From an uncultured virus (IMG/VR IMGVR_UViG_3300008624_000002) (lineage: Duplodnaviria > Heunggongvirae > Uroviricota > Caudoviricetes): a stretch of DNA of 64,000 nt. Where the stretch lies: the IMG/VR virus record IMGVR_UViG_3300008624_000002. One strand, written 5' to 3'. Numbering within the stretch: position 1 is the first letter of the stretch; each line of letters begins with the position of its first letter. Of this stretch, positions 37,311 through 47,415 are shown one piece after another. A program made the position numbers and the translations under genes. The notes beneath the pieces were generated by a model, which worked only from the letters and a program-made list of their open reading frames with translations, was not told the origin of the DNA and made no database searches.

Positions 37311-37500
37311 CGAACATTTGGTCCATTAAAACTGTTTTTGCAAAATCTATTATGTTTGCACCGTGGACTTTGTCTCCTGTGAATTTGGAAACTTTTGTTA
37401 GGTTTGCAGGATTAAGTGCTTTGATTACATCCATGTCTTTCATATCTGCAACATCCATTATAATGTTGTCTGCAATTATGTCATTAGCGGGGTGACTCAT
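37276..37500 (-). CDS. Hypothetical early protein
   Basis: AGGAG RBS, promoter upstream. Confidence 0.55.
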   Translation of the reverse strand: MSHPANDIIADNIIMDVADMKDMDVIKALNPANLTKVSKFTGDKVHGANIIDFAKTVLMDQMFDDWINIPGPHG

Positions 37501-37538
37501 TTTTTTACTCCTTTTTTTATTACTTTTCTCATTTCTTA

Positions 37539-37572
37539 GTCCATGGTATCAAAAAGCGCTACCCATTGTCAA
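37539..37572 (-). promoter_or_regulatory. Early promoter, class I
   Basis: TTGACA-ATGGGTAGCGCTTTTTGA-TACCAT-GGAC. Confidence 0.72.
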
Positions 37573-37607
37573 CCTCTGAAAGGCCTATAGGTATAAGGAT
37601 TTAGAAA

Positions 37608-38204
37608 TTAATTTTCGTAAGGATTTTCTAAACGATAGGAATCTTCGTCTAGATTTAAGTCTTTTACCGGATAAATTGGCATACATCGAGTGATGTCTGT
37701 AGTGAACCAAAATGAAACTGTATGTCTTGAATGTCTTCTAACTTTTGATACGCCGTGTGGTATGTAGATACCTTGAAACAATAAACCTGAACCTGTTTCT
37801 GGTTCGTATGTTTCGCCACCTGGAATCCATGTTCGACCACCATTAAAGTTGTCGTTTAGATATAAGATACAAGTCCATTCTCTTGAAGGTTTATCAGGAC
37901 TTGATTGGTGTTTTATTTCTTGATTTGAATATGTGTCTAGATGTGGTTCTTGAACTCCGCCGATTGGCCACTCATTGAGTGCAATCATTTCTGGAAATAC
38001 AACTTGGTCTGATATCTTTCTGACTTCGCCTATAAGATTGACTACTACTTCTGATATCCAATTCCGTATATGTGGAGTGTGTATATGCATGAATCTGATA
38101 CCAGTGTAATCAGAACCATCACCTACGCCTGTTATGTGTCTATGACTCTTGTGAAATCGTATCAGTTCCTGACATCTCTCCATCGACATCAGATTTTGAA
38201 TCAT
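37608..38204 (-). CDS. 2OG-Fe(II) oxygenase (prolyl-hydroxylase-like)
   Basis: PHLD, ILYLNDNFNGG, PHGV..RHT; start uncertain, overlaps def. Confidence 0.8.
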   Translation of the reverse strand: MIQNLMSMERCQELIRFHKSHRHITGVGDGSDYTGIRFMHIHTPHIRNWISEVVVNLIGEVRKISDQVVFPEMIALNEWPIGGVQEPHLDTYSNQEIKHQSSPDKPSREWTCILYLNDNFNGGRTWIPGGETYEPETGSGLLFQGIYIPHGVSKVRRHSRHTVSFWFTTDITRCMPIYPVKDLNLDEDSYRLENPYEN

Positions 38205-38775
38205 TCTTGGCTTGTAGTTGCTGGAAGTATTTTGCGAGTTCATGTCTTTTTTCATTCTCTAATCTCTTCTTTCGAATTTTTGGTCTGGCTTTTAATGCTC
38301 GTTCTATTTTCAACTGAGATGCTCTTTGTAGAAACAGTATACCATTCAAATGGTCTATTTCATGTTGAACACATCTTGCGCCAATACCTTCTAATAGTGC
38401 TGTTTGTTCTTTGCCTTCAATGTCTTGATATTTAAACTCTACTGTTTTAGACCTTTTAATCATCAAGAACATATCAGGAAATGATAAACAACCTTCTTTC
38501 ATAAGTTCTGTTTCTTGTGAAACTTTTGTCAATTCAGGATTAAAGTATGCGATATTTGATGGAGTTTTATCTCCTTCATGCATAGTTCTCATAACAAAAA
38601 CTCTGTAAGGTAATCCTACTTGATTTGCAGAAAGGCCTAACCCACCAAATTTATCCATCGCTTCACCCAAGTTCTTAGCAATCTCTTTGGGGTCTTCCGG
38701 TGGGTTATCAAAATCGAACTCCGGTGGTGGAGTTCGTAATACCTTTGAAGCCTCTTCTATAAGTTTATACATCAT
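38140..38775 (-). CDS. def: Peptide deformylase
   Basis: GLGLSANQVG, EGCLS, QHEIDHLNG. Confidence 0.95.
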   Translation of the reverse strand: MMYKLIEEASKVLRTPPPEFDFDNPPEDPKEIAKNLGEAMDKFGGLGLSANQVGLPYRVFVMRTMHEGDKTPSNIAYFNPELTKVSQETELMKEGCLSFPDMFLMIKRSKTVEFKYQDIEGKEQTALLEGIGARCVQHEIDHLNGILFLQRASQLKIERALKARPKIRKKRLENEKRHELAKYFQQLQAKNDSKSDVDGEMSGTDTISQES

Positions 38776-38778
38776 ATA

Positions 38779-39954
38779 TTATTTATCAGATTCTTCTCCA
38801 TGACCTTTCATAAAATATGGGTAAGCTTTTGAACCTGTTTCCCACATATCTGAACCACCAACTTCTTCTTGTTCACCAACTCTGATACCTACAGTCTTGT
38901 TTAATATCCACCATAATAGATATGATGTAGAGAAAACAAATCCAAATATTGTGACTGTTCCATATGCTTGATGTAAGAAACTTGCATCTGCGTTTAGTAT
39001 TGGGACTAACATAAGTCCTAAAACACCTGCGACACCATGAACTGATATTGCACCAACTGGATCATCACAACCTTTTCTTTCTATCCAACTCATAACAACA
39101 GGCATCATTACTCCACCCAATGAACCATATAGTAATGCGATTAAAGGTGAAGGTGTTAATGGGTCAGCAGTTATAACTACTAGACCTGCTAATGCACCAT
39201 TTGTTGTGGCGTTTAAGGCAGTCTTACCTAACCACAGTTTAGATAATATCATTGCAGATAAAAGACCACCAGCAGCGGCAGTATTAGTGTTTACAAATAT
39301 CTTTGCGACTGCATTTGCGTTCTCTACACCATCTATTGCAAGTTGTGAACCACCATTGAATCCAAACCATCCCATCCACAAAATGAGTGTGCCTAATGCG
39401 ACTTGAGCCGCATTGGAACCGTGTATTGGTTTAGGTGTTCCGTCTTTTAAGTATTTACCCTTTCTTGGTCCAAGTATTAAAACTCCTGCAAGTGCGGCTG
39501 AAGCCCCAGCCATATGAACTATGCCTGAACCTGCGAAGTCAAAGAATCCTCTCTGACTCAACCAACCACCACCCCATGTCCAAGAACCTTGAATTGGGTA
39601 TATAATTGTGGTGAAGATAGCGGCAAACAATAAGAATGTCCACAGTTTCTTTCTTTCTGCGACTGCACCTGATACAACTGACATTGCAGTTGCGACAAAT
39701 ACTACTTGAAAAAAGAAATCAGAATACATCGAATGTGTTTCTATATCTCCCCACCCATACATAAGGGAATAACCCCCTACTAAAAACCCTACAGATGCGA
39801 CACTATAAAGTGCAACATTCTTTAAGAGTATTTCTATAACATTTTTACTTCTAACTGAACCCGCTTCTAGCATGGTAAAACCGGCTGCCATCCACATGAC
39901 TAATACGCCAGACATTAAAAAGTAAAATGTGTTTAATGAATATGATAAATCCAT
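38779..39954 (-). CDS. amtB: Ammonium transporter AmtB
   Basis: GFTMLEAG.VRSKN, SGAVAER, DFAGSGIVH, GWFGFNGGS, DDPVGAISVHG; both pore His present. Confidence 0.95.
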   Translation of the reverse strand: MDLSYSLNTFYFLMSGVLVMWMAAGFTMLEAGSVRSKNVIEILLKNVALYSVASVGFLVGGYSLMYGWGDIETHSMYSDFFFQVVFVATAMSVVSGAVAERKKLWTFLLFAAIFTTIIYPIQGSWTWGGGWLSQRGFFDFAGSGIVHMAGASAALAGVLILGPRKGKYLKDGTPKPIHGSNAAQVALGTLILWMGWFGFNGGSQLAIDGVENANAVAKIFVNTNTAAAGGLLSAMILSKLWLGKTALNATTNGALAGLVVITADPLTPSPLIALLYGSLGGVMMPVVMSWIERKGCDDPVGAISVHGVAGVLGLMLVPILNADASFLHQAYGTVTIFGFVFSTSYLLWWILNKTVGIRVGEQEEVGGSDMWETGSKAYPYFMKGHGEESDK

Positions 39955-39968
39955 TATTTTCTCCTTTA

Positions 39969-41687
39969 TTATGAAATTGATATACGACTAAAGTTTTTAT
40001 ATTTTTCGAAACGAATTACTTCTTCGAACTTATCGTATAACTCTCCTCCCTTATGGGAAATAATAAAGGCGTTTGTTTTCTCATTCAATGAATTCAATAA
40101 CTTTAAAAAGTCATCGGTTCCTTGAGCATCTAAAGAACTATCAAACACCTCGTCTAATATAAGTATGTTTGTATTTACTGAGTTCTTAATTCTTGCGACT
40201 GCTCTCCATGTGAAGAGTAATGCAAGGTCAATTCTCATCTTCTCACCTTGTGAAAAGTTATCATACTTAAATACATCTCTAAATCTGGATTTGATTGTTT
40301 CTTCAAATGCTTCATTCAATTCAAACCCAACATAAAATTCTAAATTGGCCAGATACTTGTTTATCATCTTATTCATTACTGGAACATATTGTTTAATAAT
40401 TCTCTGCCTCACCCCTTGGTCTCTTAATAGGGTTGTTGCGAGGTCGTAGTAATGTTGTCTATCAGTTAGACTTTCTTTCTTAATATGTAAAGTATCTAAA
40501 TCATCTTCTGCTGTGGTCAATTTATCATGAACATTAGCATCAACAGAAGTCTCATTCTTTAAATCTTTAATCTCTTGATTCAATTTGTCTATGTATTTCT
40601 GATTAGATAAAATCTCTGTTTGATGTAATCCAATGTTTCTTTGCAGTTTTTCTATTTCATCTTGAATAAGATTTATTCTTTGGATTTCATCGTGGCAGGC
40701 ATCGATTGTTTGAGCAATCTCGTTGAGCGCCTTCTGGATTTCATTCGATTTAGCTTTTCTTTCCTTAATGTGTTTCTTCTTGTGTTCTTCATCTAACCCT
40801 TGTTTACATGTTGGACAATCATCGTTCTCTTGATAGAATAAGACATCTTGGTCAGCTTTAGCTCTGGCTTGTTCCAATTGTCTTTCTAAATCTAGTGTCT
40901 CAGTTAATCTATCTTCATTTGATTTCTTATTAGTTATGCCTTCTTTCTTTTTATCAATCTCTTTATCTTCTTGAACAACATCATTCATAACCTTTTGTAT
41001 ATTCTCTTGTGTCTCCTTTATGGTATTCTCATACTTCTTTATCTTCTTATCACGAGATTTTTGTAAGAGACCCATTTGTTCATTTAGACCATTTATTCTT
41101 TCTTCTAGCAATTCAATCTCATGGTTTGTTTCTCTTACATCTATATTATGTTGTGTGACTTTCTTCTTTAATATATCCTGCATTGTAGAAAAGATTGATA
41201 TGTCTAGTAAATCTTCCACAAGTCTTCTTCTCTCTACCGACTTTAACTGCATAAACGGAGTAAAGTTAGCAGAACCTAATACTGCGACTTGGGTAAATGA
41301 ACGATAGGACATCTTAAGAATGTTCTTCTCTAAATGTTCTTGATAATCTCTCATCGTTGCATCTTGATTGATTAATGAATCATTGACATATAACTCAAAC
41401 TTATTTGGTTTAGCGCCTCTTATAACTTTATATAATTTTCTTCCAATCTGAAATTCTATCTCTACTATCAACTCTTTACCATTGATAGAATTAACCAACA
41501 AGTCTTTCTTTAAGTTTCTAAACCCTTTTCCATATAAACCAAAACATAATGCATCTAACAATGTAGATTTACCAGCACCATTATCACCAACAATAAGAGT
41601 TGTTTGCGACCTGTCTAAGTCTATGGAAGTAAAAGTGTTTCCTGCCGATAACAAATTCTTGTATCGGATCTTTTTAAAATTAATCAT
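39969..41687 (-). CDS. 46: Recombination nuclease ATPase subunit (gp46, Rad50-like)
   Basis: GDNGAGKST, CPTC hook, FSQGEK, ILDEVFD. Confidence 0.95.
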   Translation of the reverse strand: MINFKKIRYKNLLSAGNTFTSIDLDRSQTTLIVGDNGAGKSTLLDALCFGLYGKGFRNLKKDLLVNSINGKELIVEIEFQIGRKLYKVIRGAKPNKFELYVNDSLINQDATMRDYQEHLEKNILKMSYRSFTQVAVLGSANFTPFMQLKSVERRRLVEDLLDISIFSTMQDILKKKVTQHNIDVRETNHEIELLEERINGLNEQMGLLQKSRDKKIKKYENTIKETQENIQKVMNDVVQEDKEIDKKKEGITNKKSNEDRLTETLDLERQLEQARAKADQDVLFYQENDDCPTCKQGLDEEHKKKHIKERKAKSNEIQKALNEIAQTIDACHDEIQRINLIQDEIEKLQRNIGLHQTEILSNQKYIDKLNQEIKDLKNETSVDANVHDKLTTAEDDLDTLHIKKESLTDRQHYYDLATTLLRDQGVRQRIIKQYVPVMNKMINKYLANLEFYVGFELNEAFEETIKSRFRDVFKYDNFSQGEKMRIDLALLFTWRAVARIKNSVNTNILILDEVFDSSLDAQGTDDFLKLLNSLNEKTNAFIISHKGGELYDKFEEVIRFEKYKNFSRISIS

Positions 41688-42751
41688 AGATAATTATGTT
41701 CGTCTAATGCTTCATTATATAACGAAGTCATTAATTCGAATAGGGGTTTTTTCTGACCTTGTATTTCTAGTCCATCAATATACTTTTCTAATATAGTAAG
41801 AGTGTCTTCTACTCCTTCTAATTCTTTATCGTCCATTAAGTCCATATGTTTATGGTCATCTACGACAACAACATGCAATGGATTAGCGGCATGTAATTTG
41901 TCGACCATAGAATCAAACCAATATGGATTGTCTTTATTGACTACTATCATCTTCACAAATTTGCCTGTGAATTTACTGTAATCTTTATTTGATATTGTTT
42001 CAAAAGTTTCTTTTGTATCATCATAGAATAACTTTTCGAACATAGTTAATGGATTATGAACAGGAGTTATTTCTCTTGTATCTGTATCAAATATGTGGAA
42101 GTATTTTTCATCTCCATAATCTGACCATGTGAATTGCATCTGACTTCCTAGATACCTGATATTCTTAAGTTCTGATTTTTGATGAAAGTGACCACTATAA
42201 ACTTTGTCGAATCGTTTTAAATATGTGTGGTCTAGACCATGTTGACTTGTCATTCCAGGCATCATTAAAGCGCCCTCTATTTCGAAATGACCAAAACATG
42301 TATCTGCATTGGCATTTAATAAGAAGTCTACACTATCTGCATAGTTCTCATTATTAATCCAAGGAACAAGTGCAAGATTAACTCCATCGTATTCTCTTAC
42401 TGTAGGTTCTGTTATAACACTTATATTATCGTGTTCGAACAATAATAAGTCTGGTGAGTTTACTTCATTGGTATTCTTATAATAGGTATCATGATTACCA
42501 ATAATCAAGTCCATAGTAATACCCCTTTCTAGCATAGGGTCTATAAAATGTTCTCTATTTGATTTTAGACTTGCAAAGTTTACATACTTTCTTCTATCGA
42601 AGTAATCTCCGAGATGTAAAATGTGTCCAATGTTATTTTCATCGAGATATGGGAAGAATACTTCCTCATAGAATCGGCCTTGATATTTGGCCATCTCTAA
42701 CATATCTCCTCGAACACCTGCATGAGTGTCGTTGAGTATCGCTATTTTCAT
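41684..42751 (-). CDS. 47: Recombination nuclease subunit (gp47, Mre11-like)
   Basis: DTHAG, GDYFD, GNHD, SGHFH. Confidence 0.95.
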   Translation of the reverse strand: MKIAILNDTHAGVRGDMLEMAKYQGRFYEEVFFPYLDENNIGHILHLGDYFDRRKYVNFASLKSNREHFIDPMLERGITMDLIIGNHDTYYKNTNEVNSPDLLLFEHDNISVITEPTVREYDGVNLALVPWINNENYADSVDFLLNANADTCFGHFEIEGALMMPGMTSQHGLDHTYLKRFDKVYSGHFHQKSELKNIRYLGSQMQFTWSDYGDEKYFHIFDTDTREITPVHNPLTMFEKLFYDDTKETFETISNKDYSKFTGKFVKMIVVNKDNPYWFDSMVDKLHAANPLHVVVVDDHKHMDLMDDKELEGVEDTLTILEKYIDGLEIQGQKKPLFELMTSLYNEALDEHNYL

Positions 42752-43290
42752 TCAGTAAATTTATCTAAGCCTTTATCTTTCTGTACTTTTTTTCGTTTTG
42801 ATTTTCTTGGTTCGTATTGAACACGGTTCATATTGTCTTGCATCCACTCAACATTAGTATTATGCATACCAGAAGTATCGCCATCTATTGTATCGAATGT
42901 ATGTGCGGTGATATCTGATATTACTTGTTGCTTAATGAAAACTTGTTTCTTCTCTTTCTGTATCCTTCTTAGAAAGGCGTAATAACAAATTTGTGTAATA
43001 TATGCAAATGCGTTGTTAGATTTTTCTACATTGAAGTTCTTAATATACTGAATACAATTCTCGATTGCATCACATATCATTTCATCTCTGTAAGTGTAGT
43101 TTATAAAGTTTGGTCGTGTAGATAGTCGAGTTGCAATCTTATAGATACACTCTCCTATGTAATTTGACATTTGTGGTGGGGTTCTGCCCTCTTCCTCGGC
43201 GAGTTTAACGGCGGCGTTATGTTCGGCGACTGCGGCTGTGAACTCTTTGTTATTAACATAATGTTCACTTTGTTTTTTAGTTTTTGCCAT
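42748..43290 (-). CDS. 55: Late transcription sigma factor (gp55)
   Basis: HYVNNKEF, RPNFINYTYRDEMICDAIENC, AFAYITQI..AFLRRIQKEK. Confidence 0.95.
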   Translation of the reverse strand: MAKTKKQSEHYVNNKEFTAAVAEHNAAVKLAEEEGRTPPQMSNYIGECIYKIATRLSTRPNFINYTYRDEMICDAIENCIQYIKNFNVEKSNNAFAYITQICYYAFLRRIQKEKKQVFIKQQVISDITAHTFDTIDGDTSGMHNTNVEWMQDNMNRVQYEPRKSKRKKVQKDKGLDKFTE

Positions 43291-43436
43291 GTGGTCTATT
43301 ATACTAGGGTTAATGCTATAATGTAAGGGGTTTTTCTCCCTTATTTTTATTTATTTATTTTAAAAACCCCCTTGTTATAAGAAGGATTTCGTGATATTAT
43401 AGCTTTGTGCCAGCGGATAGGATAGCTATTAGCAGT

Positions 43437-43553
43437 CTAATGGAAATAGACTACTCCTATTATATATCCACAAAAGAAGAAAGCAGCTGCCCATACTGGC
43501 TCCTGCTTACAAAACTCCCATATATTGGCCCAATAGTCCAAAAACTCTTTCAT
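43437..43553 (-). CDS. Small membrane peptide (38 aa)
   Basis: Manual translation MKEFLDYWANIWEFCKQEPVWAAAFFFCGYIIGVVYFH; GGAGG upstream. Confidence 0.45.
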   Translation of the reverse strand: MKEFLDYWANIWEFCKQEPVWAAAFFFCGYIIGVVYFH

Positions 43554-43718
43554 CTAGAACCTCCAAGTTGCTAGGTACATTATTCCAAATGGTAATAATA
43601 TTGGAAGAGTCAATAGTGTTAGGAACTCAAGTTCTTTGATGATTCTTGGTAGAACTTCTCTTGGGTCTTCAAATTCGCCCACCATGCTCTTCGCAATGTT
43701 TAAAATTGCCGTGGTCAT
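43554..43718 (-). CDS. Small membrane protein
   Basis: Likely start MTTAIL with GGAG RBS; C-terminal TM; late promoter at 43777. Confidence 0.55.
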   Translation of the reverse strand: MTTAILNIAKSMVGEFEDPREVLPRIIKELEFLTLLTLPILLPFGIMYLATWRF

Positions 43719-43897
43719 GGTTTCTCCGTTATTAATAGTAATTATAATTGTATATTCACGAGAATTATACACAATCTATTTAGTAAACTTTTTGTTTTAA
43801 AATAACAACTATGTGTAAAATAATATTATGAAGAAGAGTGAACCACCTATGCCGTAGACAAGAGTGCCTACAACCCATACTGGTATTTTGTCAAACA

Positions 43898-44089
43898 TTA
43901 GTAGATTGTTTCGTGACAGATTAAATGTCTTGGTGAAGTGCCGGTACAGACTTCAATGGTATCTCTTTTCATCTCTTTTTTCTTTTCTGGTGTCGCAACT
44001 GTTTGAGTTGAAGCACAACTAACTGCAAAGATTACTAAGAATAGTATACTTAAAAATTTCATCGATTCCTTAGATTTAAAATTAAACAC
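43898..44089 (-). CDS. Small lipoprotein
   Basis: MKFLSILFLVIFAVSC lipobox-like; late promoter at 44118. Confidence 0.5.
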   Translation of the reverse strand: MFNFKSKESMKFLSILFLVIFAVSCASTQTVATPEKKKEMKRDTIEVCTGTSPRHLICHETIY

Positions 44090-44318
44090 AGGTGTATTAC
44101 CTGAGTAATACAGCAGATATTTATAAACTAATGAATCTTATCGAAAAGCCCATATTCCAGCAGTTGTAAAGTAAACAAACATGAAAGCTATTGTTAGCCA
44201 ACTAGTTGTATCGTCCCAACCTGCAAGTGGTTTAAATTTGTATTCTTTATTCATTTCCATTTAGTCACTCTTAAAAGTAACCATTCGAGAATTCGAATGA
44301 GTCGAGCTTTGATTTTCA

Positions 44319-44834
44319 TCAGTGAAACTTCTTTTTGTCTTTGGGTGGTAATGCGTATTTGAATTCTTCGAAATCATCTTCTGTCATATCTTCTAACATT
44401 TCTTCTATGAATTCTGCATCTGGTGCTGAGAATATCGCCTTCTCATCTTGTAGTAATCTATCTATGTGTCTTCTCATTACCTCTTGCACTTTCAAATCTT
44501 CTGCGTTGGCCAATGGTATAGATTTATTCTCAATCATATCCATCCACTTAGAAGATGCATTATCGTAATAAGGAACGAATTGCTCGTTCATTAGATTTCT
44601 ATGAACTATTTCAAACTTCGGTATATTGACTTTCTCTTCAGCACTTAATGGTGCATAAGGATAAAACACTGCATTAGTTCTTGGTGTACCTGGAATTAAA
44701 GACAACTGACATATCATTGGTAATGTTATCTCAATTGTGTCTCCTAAGTCTCTGGTCATTCCAACAACTTCAGCACCATTCTTAAGTTTGATAACTTCGT
44801 ATCTTTCAGGTATTAAATCTGATGGTATTGCCAT
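44319..44834 (-). CDS. Conserved T4-like Sm-fold protein between uvsW and 55
   Basis: VIKLKNGAEVVG pattern, KKKFH end, conserved position. Confidence 0.65.
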   Translation of the reverse strand: MAIPSDLIPERYEVIKLKNGAEVVGMTRDLGDTIEITLPMICQLSLIPGTPRTNAVFYPYAPLSAEEKVNIPKFEIVHRNLMNEQFVPYYDNASSKWMDMIENKSIPLANAEDLKVQEVMRRHIDRLLQDEKAIFSAPDAEFIEEMLEDMTEDDFEEFKYALPPKDKKKFH

Positions 44835-46253
44835 TTACTTAAGCTCGAATTGTTTGAGTTCATAAGGAAAATTCTCCTCGTTATAAGTATTTATGCGTTC
44901 CTTTAAGTGAACAAGGGTATAATTTTGATACCCTAAGTCGTCTGCGATATCAAATAACCTCATACTATCTTTACCTTCCACTTTACGAAGACCCCTACCA
45001 ATAGACTGTAGGTTTCGTATTCTTGACTTGGAAGGACTTGCAAAAACGATATTATCAATTCGTTTTATATTAATACCTGTCGAAAAAGTTCCATATGATG
45101 CAAGTATAGTATCTTCTTTATTTCTCTCAACAATTTCTCTAACTGACTCTCTATCTTCTGTATCTGTTCCACCATAAACATAATGTAAGTTTCCACCCAT
45201 GTCTGCATTAGACATCATATCAAATAACTTTACACCATGTTTTTCAACAAACTGGAACAGTACAAGTGTGTTTCCCTTTAAACTCTTAACTAAATTCAAT
45301 ATGAACATATTTCTTTTCTCATTAGAAACAAGATAGTCCATCTCTTCTTGATATGACATTTTCTTCATTTTGGTATGACATAGTATGACACAATCAATAT
45401 TAATTTGTGCAATTGTTCCCTTTTCCATAAGTTCGGAAGATGATACAACTTTCTTAACAGGTCCAAACAAACCTTCTAACTGTAGTCTATGAACTTCTGA
45501 ACCATCTAATGTTCCTGTTGTACCTATTCTAATTGCAGTAGACTTCATCTTCTCTAAGATACCTTTAAGTGTTGTTGCCTTAAATAAGTGTGCTTCGTCT
45601 CCGACAACCATGTCGAATGTTTGCATTACCTTCTTGGGTGCTTTACTAAATGATTGCCATGTAGTAATTGTTATAGGTGCATCGAACACTTCTTGACCAT
45701 GATATATCTTACAGATAGGTTCTTTATAACCATACTCTACAAAATCTTTCGCCATTTGTTCTACTAATGATGTTGTTGGAACTATGATTACAGTTTTCTT
45801 ATTATAGTATCTTGCCAACATATAAATGATTAATGATTTACCACTTGCAGTTGGAGATAAAAGAAGTTGTCTGCCATATTGCACAGCAGTTCTAAATGCT
45901 TCCATCTGATAATCTCTAGGTGAGAAAGGTAAATTTAGTTCTTCTATAAACTGATGCAACTCTTCTGTTGCTCTTTGTTTCTCTCCTATTACATCTTCTA
46001 TACCACTAAAATCGAAACCTCTTTCTCTACAAAACTCGTCAACATAGGGTAATAGTCCTATGTAAATCTTACGAGTTTTTATTGAAAACAGTCTGACTTT
46101 GCCATCCCAATACTTATTTCTATAAGAAGGCATGAACTTAGCATTTGGAACTGTAAACGAAAAGAAGTCGTATAAGTCTCGTGCAAGACCATCGTCACAT
46201 TCGACTTTCATAAAACATTCGTCTACCTTTGAGACGATAACTTGATTAGACAT
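44835..46253 (-). CDS. uvsW: UvsW helicase
   Basis: SPTASGKS, GDEAH, TFSTGINI, LQSIGRGLR. Confidence 0.95.
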   Translation of the reverse strand: MSNQVIVSKVDECFMKVECDDGLARDLYDFFSFTVPNAKFMPSYRNKYWDGKVRLFSIKTRKIYIGLLPYVDEFCRERGFDFSGIEDVIGEKQRATEELHQFIEELNLPFSPRDYQMEAFRTAVQYGRQLLLSPTASGKSLIIYMLARYYNKKTVIIVPTTSLVEQMAKDFVEYGYKEPICKIYHGQEVFDAPITITTWQSFSKAPKKVMQTFDMVVGDEAHLFKATTLKGILEKMKSTAIRIGTTGTLDGSEVHRLQLEGLFGPVKKVVSSSELMEKGTIAQINIDCVILCHTKMKKMSYQEEMDYLVSNEKRNMFILNLVKSLKGNTLVLFQFVEKHGVKLFDMMSNADMGGNLHYVYGGTDTEDRESVREIVERNKEDTILASYGTFSTGINIKRIDNIVFASPSKSRIRNLQSIGRGLRKVEGKDSMRLFDIADDLGYQNYTLVHLKERINTYNEENFPYELKQFELK

Positions 46254-46929
46254 AGGGTTGACCATGATACCAACTAACTAGAGATACTCTTGTTCCTCGT
46301 GTCACCGGCGTGACTTGGTGATGCACAAATGAAGGAAATACGATAAGTGTTCCTCGTGCCTTTGCACTGAAAGGTGCTGTCTTGATATATGGATCCACAT
46401 TGATGTTCTGAGAACCTGTTGCTTTGAGTTTATCAAATAAGCCTGCTGGTTCAATCCATTGAAAGTTGCCTCCCTCATATTCATCTGCATCTGATAATTG
46501 AATTGTTGAACTAAGTTTTCTTCTTCTACCACCAGGCGATTGGTCACCTTCACCGGCATCTGTATGCCATGTATAGAAATCTCCTGTGACTGGTTCATCT
46601 GGTCTATGTTTGTAAATTGTATATTGATGATTTTCTACATGGTCCCACTGATGCAACCAATCTGCATCTATACTTGCTTGATTTACTCCATCTGTAATTC
46701 TTTGTTGAATCTCATTGGGCATGACACTGTGCTCTATCCATTTAATTTCTGATTGTCTGATGTATCTATCATCATTACCTTCCAATGGATCAGGTGAATC
46801 TGGATCCACATCTTTATTACCAATAAGACCTGGAAGAGTTTCTATTTGATTTGCAACTGCGTGTATCTTATCAACTTCGTGTGGTGTAAAATAATTAGGA
46901 AAGACTACACAATATTGTCTTAATATCAT
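46246..46929 (-). CDS. 2OG-Fe(II) oxygenase (PKHD-type)
   Basis: WHTD, RKLSSTIQLS..YEGG, FPSFVHHQVTPVTRGTRVSLV. Confidence 0.88.
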   Translation of the reverse strand: MILRQYCVVFPNYFTPHEVDKIHAVANQIETLPGLIGNKDVDPDSPDPLEGNDDRYIRQSEIKWIEHSVMPNEIQQRITDGVNQASIDADWLHQWDHVENHQYTIYKHRPDEPVTGDFYTWHTDAGEGDQSPGGRRRKLSSTIQLSDADEYEGGNFQWIEPAGLFDKLKATGSQNINVDPYIKTAPFSAKARGTLIVFPSFVHHQVTPVTRGTRVSLVSWYHGQPYV

Positions 46930-47372
46930 TATTGACCCGCCATAAATTTGCGCCATTCAATGGTGTTTCTGATTGTTTGATGTCTCCATGTGATATTATC
47001 CATACATCTCTTAATGAAGTCTACAGTGACTTCAAGATATTCTATTTTAGATTTTAATTTAACTAAATCTTCATCTGAATTGAAGAAGTAATTCATATCA
47101 TTCTTCATGATTTTAAGACCATCGAATGGGTCTTTTTGCCAACCAAACTTCTCTATAGTATCGTCATCTAACTTACCTGTAAACCACAACCACTTATACT
47201 TTAATAGTTCGTTGTAGTCAGTGTTTAACTTCTTAAGTAGTAATACTTTGTTGGTTAGTTCGTCTGAATATTTTGCGTGGAGTTTGGGAACTTCTAAAGA
47301 TGCAGAATCAAGTTCTATATCATCAATAATGCAATCCTTTTCCCACTCAGCTTTAAGTTCTTGTAAGTTCAT
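46929..47372 (-). CDS. uvsY: Recombination mediator UvsY
   Basis: PKLHAKY, IRNTIEWRKF; position. Confidence 0.9.
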   Translation of the reverse strand: MNLQELKAEWEKDCIIDDIELDSASLEVPKLHAKYSDELTNKVLLLKKLNTDYNELLKYKWLWFTGKLDDDTIEKFGWQKDPFDGLKIMKNDMNYFFNSDEDLVKLKSKIEYLEVTVDFIKRCMDNITWRHQTIRNTIEWRKFMAGQ

Positions 47373-47400
47373 AATATACCATTATAACACAATATAGTAG

Positions 47401-47408
47401 TATTTATA
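47401..47408 (-). promoter_or_regulatory. T4-type late promoter upstream of uvsY
   Basis: Exact TATAAATA. Confidence 0.65.
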
Positions 47409-47415
47409 AGGGGTT

